A stretch of DNA of 64,000 bases from Xanthobacteraceae bacterium (lineage in GTDB: Bacteria > Pseudomonadota > Alphaproteobacteria > Rhizobiales > Xanthobacteraceae), in the NCBI GenBank assembly GCA_035652315.1, contig DASREA010000034.1, positions 15,631 to 79,630 on the forward strand, given 5' to 3'. This document shows, in pieces, positions 39,907 through 49,801 of the stretch. The notes under the pieces are model-generated. The model had not been told where the DNA came from. It saw only the letters and a program-made list of their open reading frames with translations, and made no database searches. Within the stretch, counting starts at the first letter, position 1. Every line of letters starts with the position of its first letter. The position numbers and the translations under genes were made by a program.

Positions 39907-40281
39907 CTAATCCTTGGCGTCGCAAATCCACGCCCGGATCACGCATTCGCGGCCACCGAATTGATAGCATTGCTGCAGCGCAGTGTTCTGTGCGGCTCCA
40001 AGCCGGGGACGCGTGGCGTAGCCATAGGCGCCACACGCATTCGTGCCGTCAATCGCGAAGGCGGCGCATGCCTTGTGCACCGGAACGACTTCGCAGGAAC
40101 CCGAGCATTTTTCCTGCGCCGCATTCTTGGCCGCCTCCGCCTGCTGGTAGTCATAGGCAAATCCGTAAGCGCCGCATGCGCCGATGGCAAAGGCTCCCGC
40201 CGCCTGCGCCGCGGAAATGCCGGCGCACAACAGCGCGGCCGCGGCAAGGTCGCAGCAGATTAAGCGCCGTAAACGGCTCAT
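39907..40281 (-). CDS. DUF4189 domain-containing secreted protein
   Basis: Signal peptide, then GAFAIGACGAYGFAYDY...AAKNAAQEKC...CAAFAIDG...GAYGYATRP...AQNTALQQC..GGRECVI. I moved the start to ATG 40281. Confidence 0.7.
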   Translation of the reverse strand: MSRLRRLICCDLAAAALLCAGISAAQAAGAFAIGACGAYGFAYDYQQAEAAKNAAQEKCSGSCEVVPVHKACAAFAIDGTNACGAYGYATRPRLGAAQNTALQQCYQFGGRECVIRAWICDAKD

Positions 40282-40371
40282 CGCACCCTCCCCCCGGAAA
40301 GCACCGGGAGGGTAGTGGGCAAGCCTTTCCACTTGGTGAATGGTAACGCGGTAGGCGGTAAAGCCAGGGAA

Positions 40372-41994
40372 TTATGCGGGGGCGGCGCGGGCTTTTGCCA
40401 TGCGCAAGGCCTCGGGCGTGTCGATATCGACAAACGCGTCCTCGCCGGCTACGGGCACCTCCACGACCGCTTCGGCATAACTGGCAATCAAGTGCCGCCC
40501 GCCGATATCACCTTCGATGGCCATGAGCTCGGGAAAAAACCGCCGTGACCAGAGCACTGGGTTGCCGCGCTTTCCATCGTGCGTCGGCGCCGCCACCAGC
40601 GCTCCTTTCGCCGGATCGAAGGCGGCGATGAGGCGGTCGATCAGCGGCGCACCGACCTGCGGCATATCCGCCAGGCAAATGATCGCACCGTCGCTCTCAA
40701 CCGGTACCGCGGCGATCCCGCGGCGCAAGGATGTACCGAGGCCGTCGGCAAAGTCCGGATTATAGACGAAGCGGATGTCGAGACCGGCGAGCGTTGCTTC
40801 GACCTGCTCGCGTTGATGCCCGGTCACCACAATGACCGGGCGTGCTCGGGATGCGAGCGCCTGTTCTGCAGCAACTCGCACCATGGGCTTGCCTTCCCAT
40901 TCGGCCAGAAGCTTGTTCTCTCCGCCCATGCGGGTGGAACGCCCTGCCGCCAAAATCACCGCGGCGACCTGCCGGCCGGCCAGCGCCGGCGGCTCCTCGC
41001 GCGGCTGCGGCCGCGTGACGATTTCCATCAGCAAGCCGCCCACCCCCATGCCGGTGATATCGGCGCGGGTGACCGGAATGCCAGCCAGGAGCCGCATTAA
41101 GATCCAGTCGAATCCATTCTCCTTGGGGCTGCGCGCGCAGCCCGGGGCGCCGAGCACAACGCCGCCTTGCGCCTGACCGACGAGCATCAGGTTGCCCGGA
41201 TCGACCGGCATGCCGAAATGCTCGATTTGTCCGCCGATTTTCTCGATGGCTGCGGGGATGACGTCGCGGCGGTCGGCGATGGCGGAAGCGCCGAAAATGA
41301 CGACGAGTTCGGCGCCTTCGCGCACCATGGATTCGAGGGCCTGCGCGACAGCGGCCGTTTCGTGGGGCACCCGCCGTTCGGCGATAATGGCGGCGCCGGT
41401 CGGCGCCAGCCTTTCGGCGGTGACTTTCAGCGTCTTGTCGATGACCTTGGTTGCGAGGCCGGGAAGCAGCGTCGAAATAATCCCGATCTTTCGGACTTTA
41501 TAAGGCGCCAGGCGAAGAGGCGGTTCGTGCCGCCGGGCGATCGCCAGCGCGTTGTCGCGCTGTGCCGCGGCGACGGCGAAAGGAATGATCTTGACGGTGG
41601 CAATCATCTCGCCGGCCACGACCGCAGCGAAGGCCGGCAAGGTCGCGACCGTGATGGCCTCGTCGACTCTATTAATTCCGTCGATCGCCTCCTTATTTAG
41701 CATCAGCACGCCGGCCTGTTCGGCGAACAGATTGCAACGGCCGGTAAAGGCGGCGTCGACGCGGACGCCCGGGCCGGCAATGGCGGCGGCGATTTCCGCA
41801 GCGGCCTTGTCTTCGGCGACGTCGCCGTCTTCAAGACGAGCGACGACGATGGAGGACATGCCGGCGGCCTGCAGCGCGGCGGCTTCCGCCGCGCCGATTA
41901 CCGTACCTTTCTTCAGCACCAGCGAACCTTGCCGGATGGTATGCACGGCGGTGGCGCCGATGGATTCCTTGGGCGAAACCGGACCGAACTTCAT
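40372..41994 (-). CDS. Fusion protein: molybdopterin-binding (MoCF_biosynth) domains + MobA-like NTP transferase (MocA-type Moco cytidylyltransferase)
   Basis: The C-terminal third has AAVILAAGRSTRMGGENKLL...ICLADMPQV, which is MobA/MocA-like. The middle has a MoCF-binding domain (LVVIFGASAIADRRDVIPAAI). There is an ATGA overlap with the upstream xdhC-C gene. Confidence 0.75.
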   Translation of the reverse strand: MKFGPVSPKESIGATAVHTIRQGSLVLKKGTVIGAAEAAALQAAGMSSIVVARLEDGDVAEDKAAAEIAAAIAGPGVRVDAAFTGRCNLFAEQAGVLMLNKEAIDGINRVDEAITVATLPAFAAVVAGEMIATVKIIPFAVAAAQRDNALAIARRHEPPLRLAPYKVRKIGIISTLLPGLATKVIDKTLKVTAERLAPTGAAIIAERRVPHETAAVAQALESMVREGAELVVIFGASAIADRRDVIPAAIEKIGGQIEHFGMPVDPGNLMLVGQAQGGVVLGAPGCARSPKENGFDWILMRLLAGIPVTRADITGMGVGGLLMEIVTRPQPREEPPALAGRQVAAVILAAGRSTRMGGENKLLAEWEGKPMVRVAAEQALASRARPVIVVTGHQREQVEATLAGLDIRFVYNPDFADGLGTSLRRGIAAVPVESDGAIICLADMPQVGAPLIDRLIAAFDPAKGALVAAPTHDGKRGNPVLWSRRFFPELMAIEGDIGGRHLIASYAEAVVEVPVAGEDAFVDIDTPEALRMAKARAAPA

Positions 41995-42683
41995 CGGCTA
42001 GCCTCCGGCGGCAGCCGTAGCCGCGCGGTGATTTCCGCCATGATCGCCACGGCGATTTCCGCCGGCGATACCGCGCCGATCGCAAGGCCGATGGGCGCGT
42101 GAATACGCGCGATGTCAGCTTCGCCCACGCCGTGTTCTTTGAGCCGTGCTACGCGACGGGCATGCGTCTTCTTCGAACCGAGGGCACCGATATAGAAGCA
42201 ATCGCGGGCCAGCGCATGCAGCAGCGCCGGATCGTCGATCTTCGGGTCGTGGGTGAGCGCCACGAAAGCAGTGTACCGGTCGATGCCCAACGGGGGCAGC
42301 GCCACATCCGGCCATTCGGCGACGACTTTCACTTCGGGAAAACGTTCGACGGTAGCAAACGCAGTGCGCGGATCGACGATGGCGACATCATAACCGAGCA
42401 GCCGCGCCATCGGCGCGAGCACCTGACTAATGTGGACCGCGCCGGTGATAACCAGCTTTGGCGGCGGCAGATAGATAGTGATGAAGAGGCGCTTGCCTTG
42501 CGCCTCCTCCATGCCGCTCTTGCCGCTGCGCAGATGTTTTTTCAGCAGTTCATTGAGCGGGTCCGTGGCGACCTCAGTCGCCTTCACCAGCCGCTGCGCG
42601 CCGCTTTCAATATCGGTGACCAGGACTACCGCCCGGCGAGCCGCACGCTCGGCATTGAGAGCGGAAAGAAGATCAAGACGCAA
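41991..42683 (-). CDS. XdhC/CoxI-family accessory protein, C-terminal (Rossmann-like) half
   Basis: Shows KLVITGAVHISQVLAPMARLLGYDVAIVDPR and YIGALGSKKTHARRVARLKEHG. Confidence 0.8.
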   Translation of the reverse strand: MRLDLLSALNAERAARRAVVLVTDIESGAQRLVKATEVATDPLNELLKKHLRSGKSGMEEAQGKRLFITIYLPPPKLVITGAVHISQVLAPMARLLGYDVAIVDPRTAFATVERFPEVKVVAEWPDVALPPLGIDRYTAFVALTHDPKIDDPALLHALARDCFYIGALGSKKTHARRVARLKEHGVGEADIARIHAPIGLAIGAVSPAEIAVAIMAEITARLRLPPEASR

Positions 42684-42688
42684 ACTGG

Positions 42689-43012
42689 CTACTCCACCTT
42701 CTCGACAAAGACGCGAATGGTGCCGCCGCAGGAGAGCCCAACTTTCCAGGCGGTTTCATCGGCAACGCCGAACTCGAGCGTTTTTGGCTTGCCGCTCTCG
42801 ATGACATCGGCGGCTTCCGCCACCACGGCGCCTTCCACGCAGCCGCCGGAAACCGAACCAAGAAAATTGCCCCGGTCGTCGATCACCAGGTTGGAACCGA
42901 CCGGACGCGGCGCTGAGCCCCAGGTTTCGACCACCGTCGCCAAAGCGACGCCGCGTCCCGCTTTGCGCCAGTCTTCCGCAGCCTTGAGAATGTCCTCGTC
43001 GCGTGCGAGCAT
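42689..43012 (-). CDS. XdhC/CoxI-family accessory protein, N-terminal half
   Basis: Shows GRGVALATVVETWGSAPRPVGSNLVIDDRGNFLGSVSGGCVEGAV. I moved the start to ATG 43012 (MLARDED); the track ORF runs to 43210. Confidence 0.8.
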   Translation of the reverse strand: MLARDEDILKAAEDWRKAGRGVALATVVETWGSAPRPVGSNLVIDDRGNFLGSVSGGCVEGAVVAEAADVIESGKPKTLEFGVADETAWKVGLSCGGTIRVFVEKVE

Positions 43013-43136
43013 CAACGTGCCTCTTCGTTCTCCTTGAACATATATTCCAAGCTTTACGGGCTTTCCATGTGGGGCCTGTTGCGGCTGGGTCGGCGCCCTA
43101 CATGTAGCAGGATCATTCTTTAGCAAGATACGGACC

Positions 43137-43673
43137 ATGAGCGAGATCATCACCCGAAGCGATAAACCCCCGGCCAGGCCTGCGGCGCCAATCGATCCTG
43201 GCGTCCGCATCGGCCACGTACATCTGAAAGTGGCGGATATTGAACGTTCGCTTGCCTTTTATATCGGCGTGCTCGGGTTCGAATTGACTCAGCGGATGCC
43301 GGGCGCGGCCTTCATCGCGGCCGGCAGCTATCATCACCATATCGGGTTGAACACCTGGGAAAGCCGCGGCGGCTCGCCGCCGCCTGCGGGTACGACCGGC
43401 CTTTATCACGCGGCAATCCTTTATCCGACTCGCGCCGCGCTTGCCGACGCCCTGCGGCGGCTCGCCGCCGCGCGTGTGCCGCTCGACGGCGCAAGCGATC
43501 ATGGGGTCAGCGAAGCGCTTTATCTGCGCGATCCCGACGGAAACGGGCTGGAGCTTTATTGGGACAAGCCGCGCGAGCGCTGGCCCTATACGTCCGAAGG
43601 CCAGCTCGCCATGGTGACGCGGCCGCTCGATCTGGACAATCTGCTGGCCGAGCCGGCTCCGGCCAGGGGCTAG
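43137..43673 (+). CDS. VOC-family (glyoxalase/dioxygenase-fold) protein
   Basis: Shows IGHVHLKVADIERSLAFYIGVLGFEL, HHHIGLNTW and GVSEALYLRDPDGNGLELY. Confidence 0.8.
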   Translation: MSEIITRSDKPPARPAAPIDPGVRIGHVHLKVADIERSLAFYIGVLGFELTQRMPGAAFIAAGSYHHHIGLNTWESRGGSPPPAGTTGLYHAAILYPTRAALADALRRLAAARVPLDGASDHGVSEALYLRDPDGNGLELYWDKPRERWPYTSEGQLAMVTRPLDLDNLLAEPAPARG

Positions 43674-43678
43674 GAGGC

Positions 43679-44479
43679 TCAGGCTCTTGCCTTGGCGACG
43701 GCACGGCGCGCCAAAACGCCGATGAGATGCGCCCGGTATTCGGCGCTGCCGTGGATATCGCCACTGAGGCCGTCGGCCGGTACGCTGAGGCCTTCCAGCA
43801 ATTTTTCCGAGAAACGTTTCTTCAGCGCCTCCTCGAAAGCAGTGACGCGGAAAACGCCATTAGAGCCCGCGCCGGTGACGGCAACGCGCACTTCCGGTCC
43901 GCGTTTGGAGACAAAGACGCCGACGAGCGCATAGCGCGAAGCCTGATTGCGGAATTTCTCGTAGGCCGCTTTCCTCGCCAGCGGGAACATCACTTTGGTG
44001 ATGATCTCGTCCGGCTCAAGCGCCGTCTCGAACAGCCCCCGGAAGAAATCATCGGCCTTGATACGCCGCTTCGAGGTGACGATGGTGGCGCCGAGCCCGA
44101 GGCAGGCCGCCGGATAATCGGCGCTCGGATCGTTGTTGGCGACGGAACCGCCGATGGTGCCGCAGTGGCGCACCGCCGGATCGCCGATCAACCCGGCGAG
44201 ATAGGCCAGTGCCGGCAAATGTTCGCGCACGATCGGCGAATTGGCGACCTCGGCGTGCCGCGTGGTCGCTCCGATCACAATGGAGCGGCCCTTCAATTCG
44301 ATGCCGGACAGGCCCTCGATCCCCGAAATGTCGATCAGGTGCGCAGGCGAAGCAAGCCGCAGCTTCATGGTCGGCAGCAACGTGTGGCCGCCCGCCAGAA
44401 GCTTGGCATCTTCGTTCTTGTTCAGCAGGCCGACCGCCTGCCGCACCGTCTTCGGGCGATGAAAGGTGAAAGGGTACAT
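43679..44479 (-). CDS. Molybdo-flavoenzyme FAD-binding medium subunit (CoxM/CutM-like)
   Basis: Shows MYPFTFHRPKTVRQAV...AKLLAGGHTLLPTMKLRL and GTIGGSVANNDPSADYPA. Confidence 0.85.
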   Translation of the reverse strand: MYPFTFHRPKTVRQAVGLLNKNEDAKLLAGGHTLLPTMKLRLASPAHLIDISGIEGLSGIELKGRSIVIGATTRHAEVANSPIVREHLPALAYLAGLIGDPAVRHCGTIGGSVANNDPSADYPAACLGLGATIVTSKRRIKADDFFRGLFETALEPDEIITKVMFPLARKAAYEKFRNQASRYALVGVFVSKRGPEVRVAVTGAGSNGVFRVTAFEEALKKRFSEKLLEGLSVPADGLSGDIHGSAEYRAHLIGVLARRAVAKARA

Positions 44480-44505
44480 AAACGGGTAATCCTATTTGCT
44501 AATGC

Positions 44506-44994
44506 TCAAGCGGCCTTGCGTCCCGCGCCCATGGCTTCGGCGCCGGCGGCGATCGCCTTGACGATATTGTGGTAGCCGGTGCAGCGGCAGATATTGCCTT
44601 CGAGCTCCTCGCGGATGGTCTTGTCGTCGAGCGAAAAGCCTTTGCGGTTGACGATGTCGATCGCCGACATGATCATGCCTGGGGTGCAATAGCCGCATTG
44701 CAGCCCGTGGTGATCGCGGAAGGCCGCCTGCATCGGATGCAGCGGTTCGTCGGGCGCGGCGAGGCCCTCTATGGTGGTGATGTTCGCGCCCTCGACTTGC
44801 AAGGCGAGGGTGGTGCAGGATTTGCGCGCTTTGCCATCCACATGCACGACGCAGGCGCCGCATTGCGACGTATCGCAGCCGACATGCGTCCCGGTCAGGC
44901 GCAGATGCTCGCGCAGAAACTCCACCAGTAGCGTGCGCGGGTCTACATCAGCGGTGACGGCCTTGCCGTTCACCGTCATCGAAACGGCGGGCAT
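44506..44994 (-). CDS. (2Fe-2S)-binding small subunit (CoxS/CutS-like)
   Basis: Shows [28 protein letters not shown] and [10 protein letters not shown]. Confidence 0.9.
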   Translation of the reverse strand: MPAVSMTVNGKAVTADVDPRTLLVEFLREHLRLTGTHVGCDTSQCGACVVHVDGKARKSCTTLALQVEGANITTIEGLAAPDEPLHPMQAAFRDHHGLQCGYCTPGMIMSAIDIVNRKGFSLDDKTIREELEGNICRCTGYHNIVKAIAAGAEAMGAGRKAA

Positions 44995-45215
44995 TCACAA
45001 CCTCCTCGAAATCGGTCCGATATGCCGGAAAGGGGGGTTCGAGCGGCAATTTGGACGCGGCGGCGGCACCGGTCAAGATCGGGCGCATACAGCGACATCG
45101 GCCCGATTTTGCGGTGGAAATCGCCGCATGCCGTGCGTCCTCCGCTGCAGACGGTTTCGCCCGAGGGGGCTTTTTGATAAGCCAGCGAACGTTTGCCGAG
45201 GTCGCAATCTTCCGC

Positions 45216-46589
45216 ATGGCCACCCCGCCGCCCAGTTTGTCGCTGCTTGCGCCGCTCGTCTCGAGCGCCGCCATGCGCGCCGTCCTCGACGACCGCGCGC
45301 GGCTGCAGCGCATGCTAGATGTCGAGGCCGCGCTGGCGCGCGCGGAAGCGGACGCCGGCGTGATCCCGGCGAGCGCCGCGGCGCCCATTGCTGCGGTTTG
45401 CAAAGCTGAACGGTTTGATTTGGCCGCCATCGGCGAGCAAGCGGCCACTGCGGGAAACGTCGCTATCCCGCTGGTCAAGGCGCTGACCGCCGAAGTCGCG
45501 AAGGTCAACGCCGAGGCCGCGAAATATGTGCATTGGGGCGCCACCAGCCAGGACATCATCGACACCGCGCTCGTTCTCGAGTTGCGCGCAGCGGCCGATG
45601 CCCTGCTTTCCGATATCGGCCGCTCCATTGACGGCTTCTCCGCACTGGCAACGCGTTACCGCAAAACCGATTCCGTGGCGCGCACCCTGATGCAGCAGGC
45701 CTTGCCGATGCCTTTCGGACTGAAGCTTGCCGGATATGCCGCGGCCCTGGCACGGTCGCGTCATCGCCTGCGGCGCGTGCGCCAAGAATGTTTGGTACTT
45801 CAGTTCGGCGGCGCCGCGGGCACTTTGTCGGCGCTTGGCTCGCAGGGCATGCAGGTCAGCGCGCGGCTCGCCGCCTTGCTGGACCTGCCGCTGCCAGATG
45901 CATCTTGGCACAGCCATCACGATCGCCTGGCGGACGTCGCCAGTGCATTCGCTATTCTCACCGGCACCTGCGGCAAGATTGCGCGCGACGTTGCTCTGCT
46001 GATGCAGACGGAGGTGGCCGAAGTCTTCGAGCCGGCGGCGCCCGGCCGCGGCGGCTCTTCAACCATGCCGCACAAGCGCAATCCGGTTTACGCGGCGACG
46101 GCGCTCGCCGCGGCAGACCTCGCGCCGCAGCTGGCCGCCGCGATCTTTGCTGCTCAGGTGCAGGAAAACGAGCGCGCGCTCGGCGGCTGGCAGGCGGAAT
46201 GGCAGGCCTTTCCGGCGCTGGCGCTCGTTGCCTCCGGCGCGATGCAGGCCATCGCCGATATCGCCCAAGGCATGGAGATTGACCCCGCGCGGATGCGGGC
46301 GAACCTCGATCTCACGCACGGCCTGGTCATGGCGGAAGCGGTCTCGATGGTGTTGGCCGGCAAGCTCGGCAAGGCGGAGGCGCACGCGCTTGTCGAGGAA
46401 GCGTCGAAGAAGGCGGCGAAGGAAAAGCGGAACCTGCAAGACGTTCTCGCGCAGGACAAACGCGTCACCGCGCATCTTCCCGCCGCCGAGCTCGCCAATC
46501 TGTTCGAGCCCGCCGCCTACCAAGGCGTGGCACAGGCCTTCATCGACCGGCTGATCGCTTCGAGCAAAGAACGGGGAAGCGAAAAGTGA
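45216..46589 (+). CDS. pcaB: 3-carboxy-cis,cis-muconate cycloisomerase
   Basis: Fumarase/ASL-superfamily signature [11 protein letters not shown], plus [13 protein letters not shown]. Its position immediately upstream of pcaD-pcaC supports the call. I moved the start to ATG 45216 (MATPPPS). Confidence 0.8.
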   Translation: MATPPPSLSLLAPLVSSAAMRAVLDDRARLQRMLDVEAALARAEADAGVIPASAAAPIAAVCKAERFDLAAIGEQAATAGNVAIPLVKALTAEVAKVNAEAAKYVHWGATSQDIIDTALVLELRAAADALLSDIGRSIDGFSALATRYRKTDSVARTLMQQALPMPFGLKLAGYAAALARSRHRLRRVRQECLVLQFGGAAGTLSALGSQGMQVSARLAALLDLPLPDASWHSHHDRLADVASAFAILTGTCGKIARDVALLMQTEVAEVFEPAAPGRGGSSTMPHKRNPVYAATALAAADLAPQLAAAIFAAQVQENERALGGWQAEWQAFPALALVASGAMQAIADIAQGMEIDPARMRANLDLTHGLVMAEAVSMVLAGKLGKAEAHALVEEASKKAAKEKRNLQDVLAQDKRVTAHLPAAELANLFEPAAYQGVAQAFIDRLIASSKERGSEK

Positions 46590-46617
46590 TCGCGGCGGGA
46601 CTCGCTCGGACAGGTTC

Positions 46618-47427
46618 ATGCCCGTAATCGAAGCCGACGGCTGCCCGCTGCATGTGGAGATCGAGGGCGATGCCGGCGCCCCGGTATTGATGCTCGGCAA
46701 CTCGCTCGGCACCGATCTGCATTTGTGGGACGATCAAGCGGCGGTCTTGGCGCGGCAATTCCGCATCGTTCGATACGACCAGCGCGGACACGGTAAATCA
46801 GATTTCGTCGCCGGCCGCGGCACCATCGAACGATTCGGCCGCGACGCCCTCGCCGTCATGGACACCCTCGGCCTGAAGCGCGTCCATTGGTGCGGACTGT
46901 CGATGGGCGGTATGGTTGGGCAATGGCTCGCTGCTCAGGCCCCGCAGCGCATCGGCAAGCTCGTTCTCGCAAATACGTCCAGCTACTTTCCCAGCAAAGC
47001 CCCGTGGGACGAGCGAATCCGGGCTGTGCGCGAGCGCGGCCTTGAGAAGATTGCGGATGGCATCATGAAAATCTGGTTCACGGATGATTTCATCGCCCGG
47101 GCGCCTGCCGCGGTCGCCCGCATGCGCGCCATTCTCGTGGCGACGCCGGTCGACGGCTATATTGCTGCCTGCGAGGCGATCCGCGACATGGATCACCGCG
47201 AACTGCTGTCGCGGATCGAGGCGCCAACGCTGGTGATCGGCGGCCGCCACGACAGATCGACGCCGCTGGAAGCCGCGGAATTCATCCGCAGCCGGATTCC
47301 CGGCGCGGCACTCACCCTCCTTGACGCTGCGCATATCTCGAATGTCGAGCAGACGGCGGCGTTTAATGGCGAAGTGCTCAAGTTTCTGACGCAGCCCGAG
47401 CATCGGGCGCCTGTTGGAGGATCATGA
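46618..47427 (+). CDS. pcaD: 3-oxoadipate enol-lactonase
   Basis: Alpha/beta hydrolase with GLSMGG, an N-terminus typical of PcaD (APVLMLGNSLGTDLHLWD) and the pca gene context. Confidence 0.8.
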   Translation: MPVIEADGCPLHVEIEGDAGAPVLMLGNSLGTDLHLWDDQAAVLARQFRIVRYDQRGHGKSDFVAGRGTIERFGRDALAVMDTLGLKRVHWCGLSMGGMVGQWLAAQAPQRIGKLVLANTSSYFPSKAPWDERIRAVRERGLEKIADGIMKIWFTDDFIARAPAAVARMRAILVATPVDGYIAACEAIRDMDHRELLSRIEAPTLVIGGRHDRSTPLEAAEFIRSRIPGAALTLLDAAHISNVEQTAAFNGEVLKFLTQPEHRAPVGGS

Positions 47428-47428
47428 C

Positions 47429-47815
47429 ATGGACGACCGCGAACGCTACGAAAAAGGCATGGCGCGCCGCCGCAAGGTGCTGGGAAATGCCTGGGTCGAT
47501 CGCGCCAACGCCGGCAGAAACTCTTTCACCGAAGAGCTTCAGGACCTCATCACCCGCTATCCCTGGGGTGAAGTCTGGACCCGGCCACATTTCGACGAGC
47601 GCACGCGGCGGATCCTGGTGATCGGCTCGATGGTGGCGCTCGGCCATTGGGACGAATTCCGCCTGCATGTCCGGGCGGCCCTGACGGAAGGCGGCTTCTC
47701 TGCCGACGACATCAAGGAAATCCTGCTGCAGCAAGCTATCTATTGCGGCGTCCCCGCGGCGAATCATGCCTTCAAGGAAGCGGGCGAGGTGTTGGCCGAG
47801 GTCGGCAAGCTCTGA
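47429..47815 (+). CDS. pcaC: 4-carboxymuconolactone decarboxylase
   Basis: Shows YEKGMARRRKVLG, WGEVWTRPHFDERTRRIL and LLQQAIYCGVPAAN. ATG 47429 is preceded by GGAGGA; the track ORF begins at TTG 47414. Confidence 0.85.
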   Translation: MDDRERYEKGMARRRKVLGNAWVDRANAGRNSFTEELQDLITRYPWGEVWTRPHFDERTRRILVIGSMVALGHWDEFRLHVRAALTEGGFSADDIKEILLQQAIYCGVPAANHAFKEAGEVLAEVGKL

Positions 47816-47825
47816 TCGGAAACGC

Positions 47826-48716
47826 TCAGGTCCTGCGGCGCTCGCGGAAGACTTGCGGCGTCATCCCGGTCTGCTTTCTGAAGAATCGGGCGAAATGCGA
47901 TGGGTCGGAAAAGCCCAGATCGACGGCAATGTCCTGAATCGCCCGATTGCCGAACACGAGCTGGCTCCTGGCTTCGCCAAGCAGCCGTTGACGAATGAGA
48001 TGGCCGGCGGTTACACCCGTGACCCGCTTCACATGATCGTTGAGACGACCGGGCGTCATTGCAAGCTGGCCGGCATAAAAGGCCAGCCGCCGTTCCCGGC
48101 GATAGCTCTCGTCGATAAGTTCCCGCAAGGCGGCGACGATCTTATCGCCGGGCGCAAGAGTTACGGCGCCGGTGCGTGCAAGGCTAGCCGCCAGCCGCAC
48201 CACCTCGATCGCGATCAGCAGCAAAAGCCCGCGCATGGCGAGCCGGAACCCCTCGCGGGCGAGGAAGCTTTCCTCGTGCAGCTCGGCGCAAAGCTTGGAT
48301 AGCCGCTCGCCCTCGTTGGATGAGCCGAGCGGCACGATCGGATTTGCCGCTAGAGCGCGTAGGCGCGCCCATGCCGCGTCGGACTGATCGCCGGCGGCCG
48401 CCGCCACGTCGTCGGTGAAGCTGATTACCCAGCCTTTGGTGACTCCAGGTTGGAACCGGAAACCGTGGGCGACCCTCGACGGCGCCAAAATCGCCGCCGG
48501 CGCGGCGAACGGGATGACGGCCGCCTCGTGCGTCATCTCGCCGCCGCCTTCGGCGACAAACAGGATTTGCGACAGATTGCCGTGGCGCTGTGCCCGTATC
48601 ACCCAATCCTGCATCGCGGCCCGCGCGGCGATGCTCTCGACGTGGATGAAGTCGAACGCTCGCGCACGCGGTGAATCATCATGCAAATGAAATAGCGGAA
48701 GCGCAGCCGGCATCAT
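47826..48716 (-). CDS. AraC-family transcriptional regulator
   Basis: C-terminal double HTH (LAFYAGQLAMTPGRLNDHVKRVTGVTAGHLIRQRLLGEARSQLVFGNRAIQDIAVDLGFSDPSHFARFFRKQTGMTP). Confidence 0.85.
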   Translation of the reverse strand: MMPAALPLFHLHDDSPRARAFDFIHVESIAARAAMQDWVIRAQRHGNLSQILFVAEGGGEMTHEAAVIPFAAPAAILAPSRVAHGFRFQPGVTKGWVISFTDDVAAAAGDQSDAAWARLRALAANPIVPLGSSNEGERLSKLCAELHEESFLAREGFRLAMRGLLLLIAIEVVRLAASLARTGAVTLAPGDKIVAALRELIDESYRRERRLAFYAGQLAMTPGRLNDHVKRVTGVTAGHLIRQRLLGEARSQLVFGNRAIQDIAVDLGFSDPSHFARFFRKQTGMTPQVFRERRRT

Positions 48717-48882
48717 CGAAGCATAGCGCGCCGCCGCGCCGGGTAAACAGAGATTACCGGCTTTGCCACAGGGTCGGCGTTGCCCGGCTTTGCCCCGCCT
48801 GCTAAGAAAAGTATCAACGTTTCTACCGCTAATTGGGGCGATTGGCGGAGGCCGGCGTTATTCGGGGGAGCTTGGCGGCCGC

Positions 48883-49800
48883 ATGGAAGTTTTCGTCCAG
48901 CAGATCATCAACGGCGTCACTCTCGGCTCAATCTACGGCCTTATCGCCATCGGCTACACGATGGTGTTCGGCATTCTCAACATGGTGAACTTCGCTCACA
49001 GCAGCGTGTTCATGGTGTCCGCCTTCATCGCCCTCGTCGCCCTGCTCTTTCTCACGCAATGGCTCGGCCTGCCGTCGATCATTGTGGCGCTGATGATCGT
49101 GCTCGTGATCGCCATGCTGTTGACCTCGGTGCTTAACTGGACGATCGAGCGCGTCGCCTACCGGCCGCTGCGTCATTCCTTCCGGCTGGCGCCGCTGATC
49201 TCGTCGATCGGCATGTCAATTTTCCTAACTAATTTCGTGCAGGTGTCGCAAGGACAGCGCAACAAGTCGATGCCGCCGCTGTTCGAGGAGGTGATCCTGG
49301 TCATGCAGGGCCATGGCTATGACGTCGCCGTTTCCTACAAGCAGCTCGCAATCTGGGCGACGACCGCGGTTCTTCTCGCCGCGTTCTGGTATCTGGTGAG
49401 CATGACCTCGCTCGGGCGCGCGCAACGGGCCTGCGAGCAGGATCAGAAAATGGCGGCTCTGGTCGGAGTCAACGTCGACCGCACCATTTCCATCACTTTC
49501 ATTATCGCCGCCGCGTTGGCATCGGTCGCCGGCACGATGTACCTCGCCTATTATGGAGTCATCAGTTTCGGCGACGGGTTCGTGCCCGGCATCAAGGCCT
49601 TCACCGCAGCGGTGCTCGGCGGCATCGGCTCCTTGCCGGGCGCAGTACTTGGCGGACTCCTGATCGGGCTGATCGAGACTTTGTGGTCGGCGTATTTTTC
49701 TATCGATTATAAGGACGTTGCCGTTTTTTCCATCCTCGCGATCACGCTGATCTTCCTGCCGCAAGGCCTGCTCGGAAAACCCGACGTCGAGAAGGTGTGA
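48883..49800 (+). CDS. livH: Branched-chain amino-acid ABC transporter permease
   Basis: MEVFVQQIINGVTLGSIYGLIAIGYTMVFGILNMVNFAHSS is a LivH-type N-terminus. I moved the start to ATG 48883. Confidence 0.85.
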   Translation: MEVFVQQIINGVTLGSIYGLIAIGYTMVFGILNMVNFAHSSVFMVSAFIALVALLFLTQWLGLPSIIVALMIVLVIAMLLTSVLNWTIERVAYRPLRHSFRLAPLISSIGMSIFLTNFVQVSQGQRNKSMPPLFEEVILVMQGHGYDVAVSYKQLAIWATTAVLLAAFWYLVSMTSLGRAQRACEQDQKMAALVGVNVDRTISITFIIAAALASVAGTMYLAYYGVISFGDGFVPGIKAFTAAVLGGIGSLPGAVLGGLLIGLIETLWSAYFSIDYKDVAVFSILAITLIFLPQGLLGKPDVEKV

Positions 49801-49801
49801 G

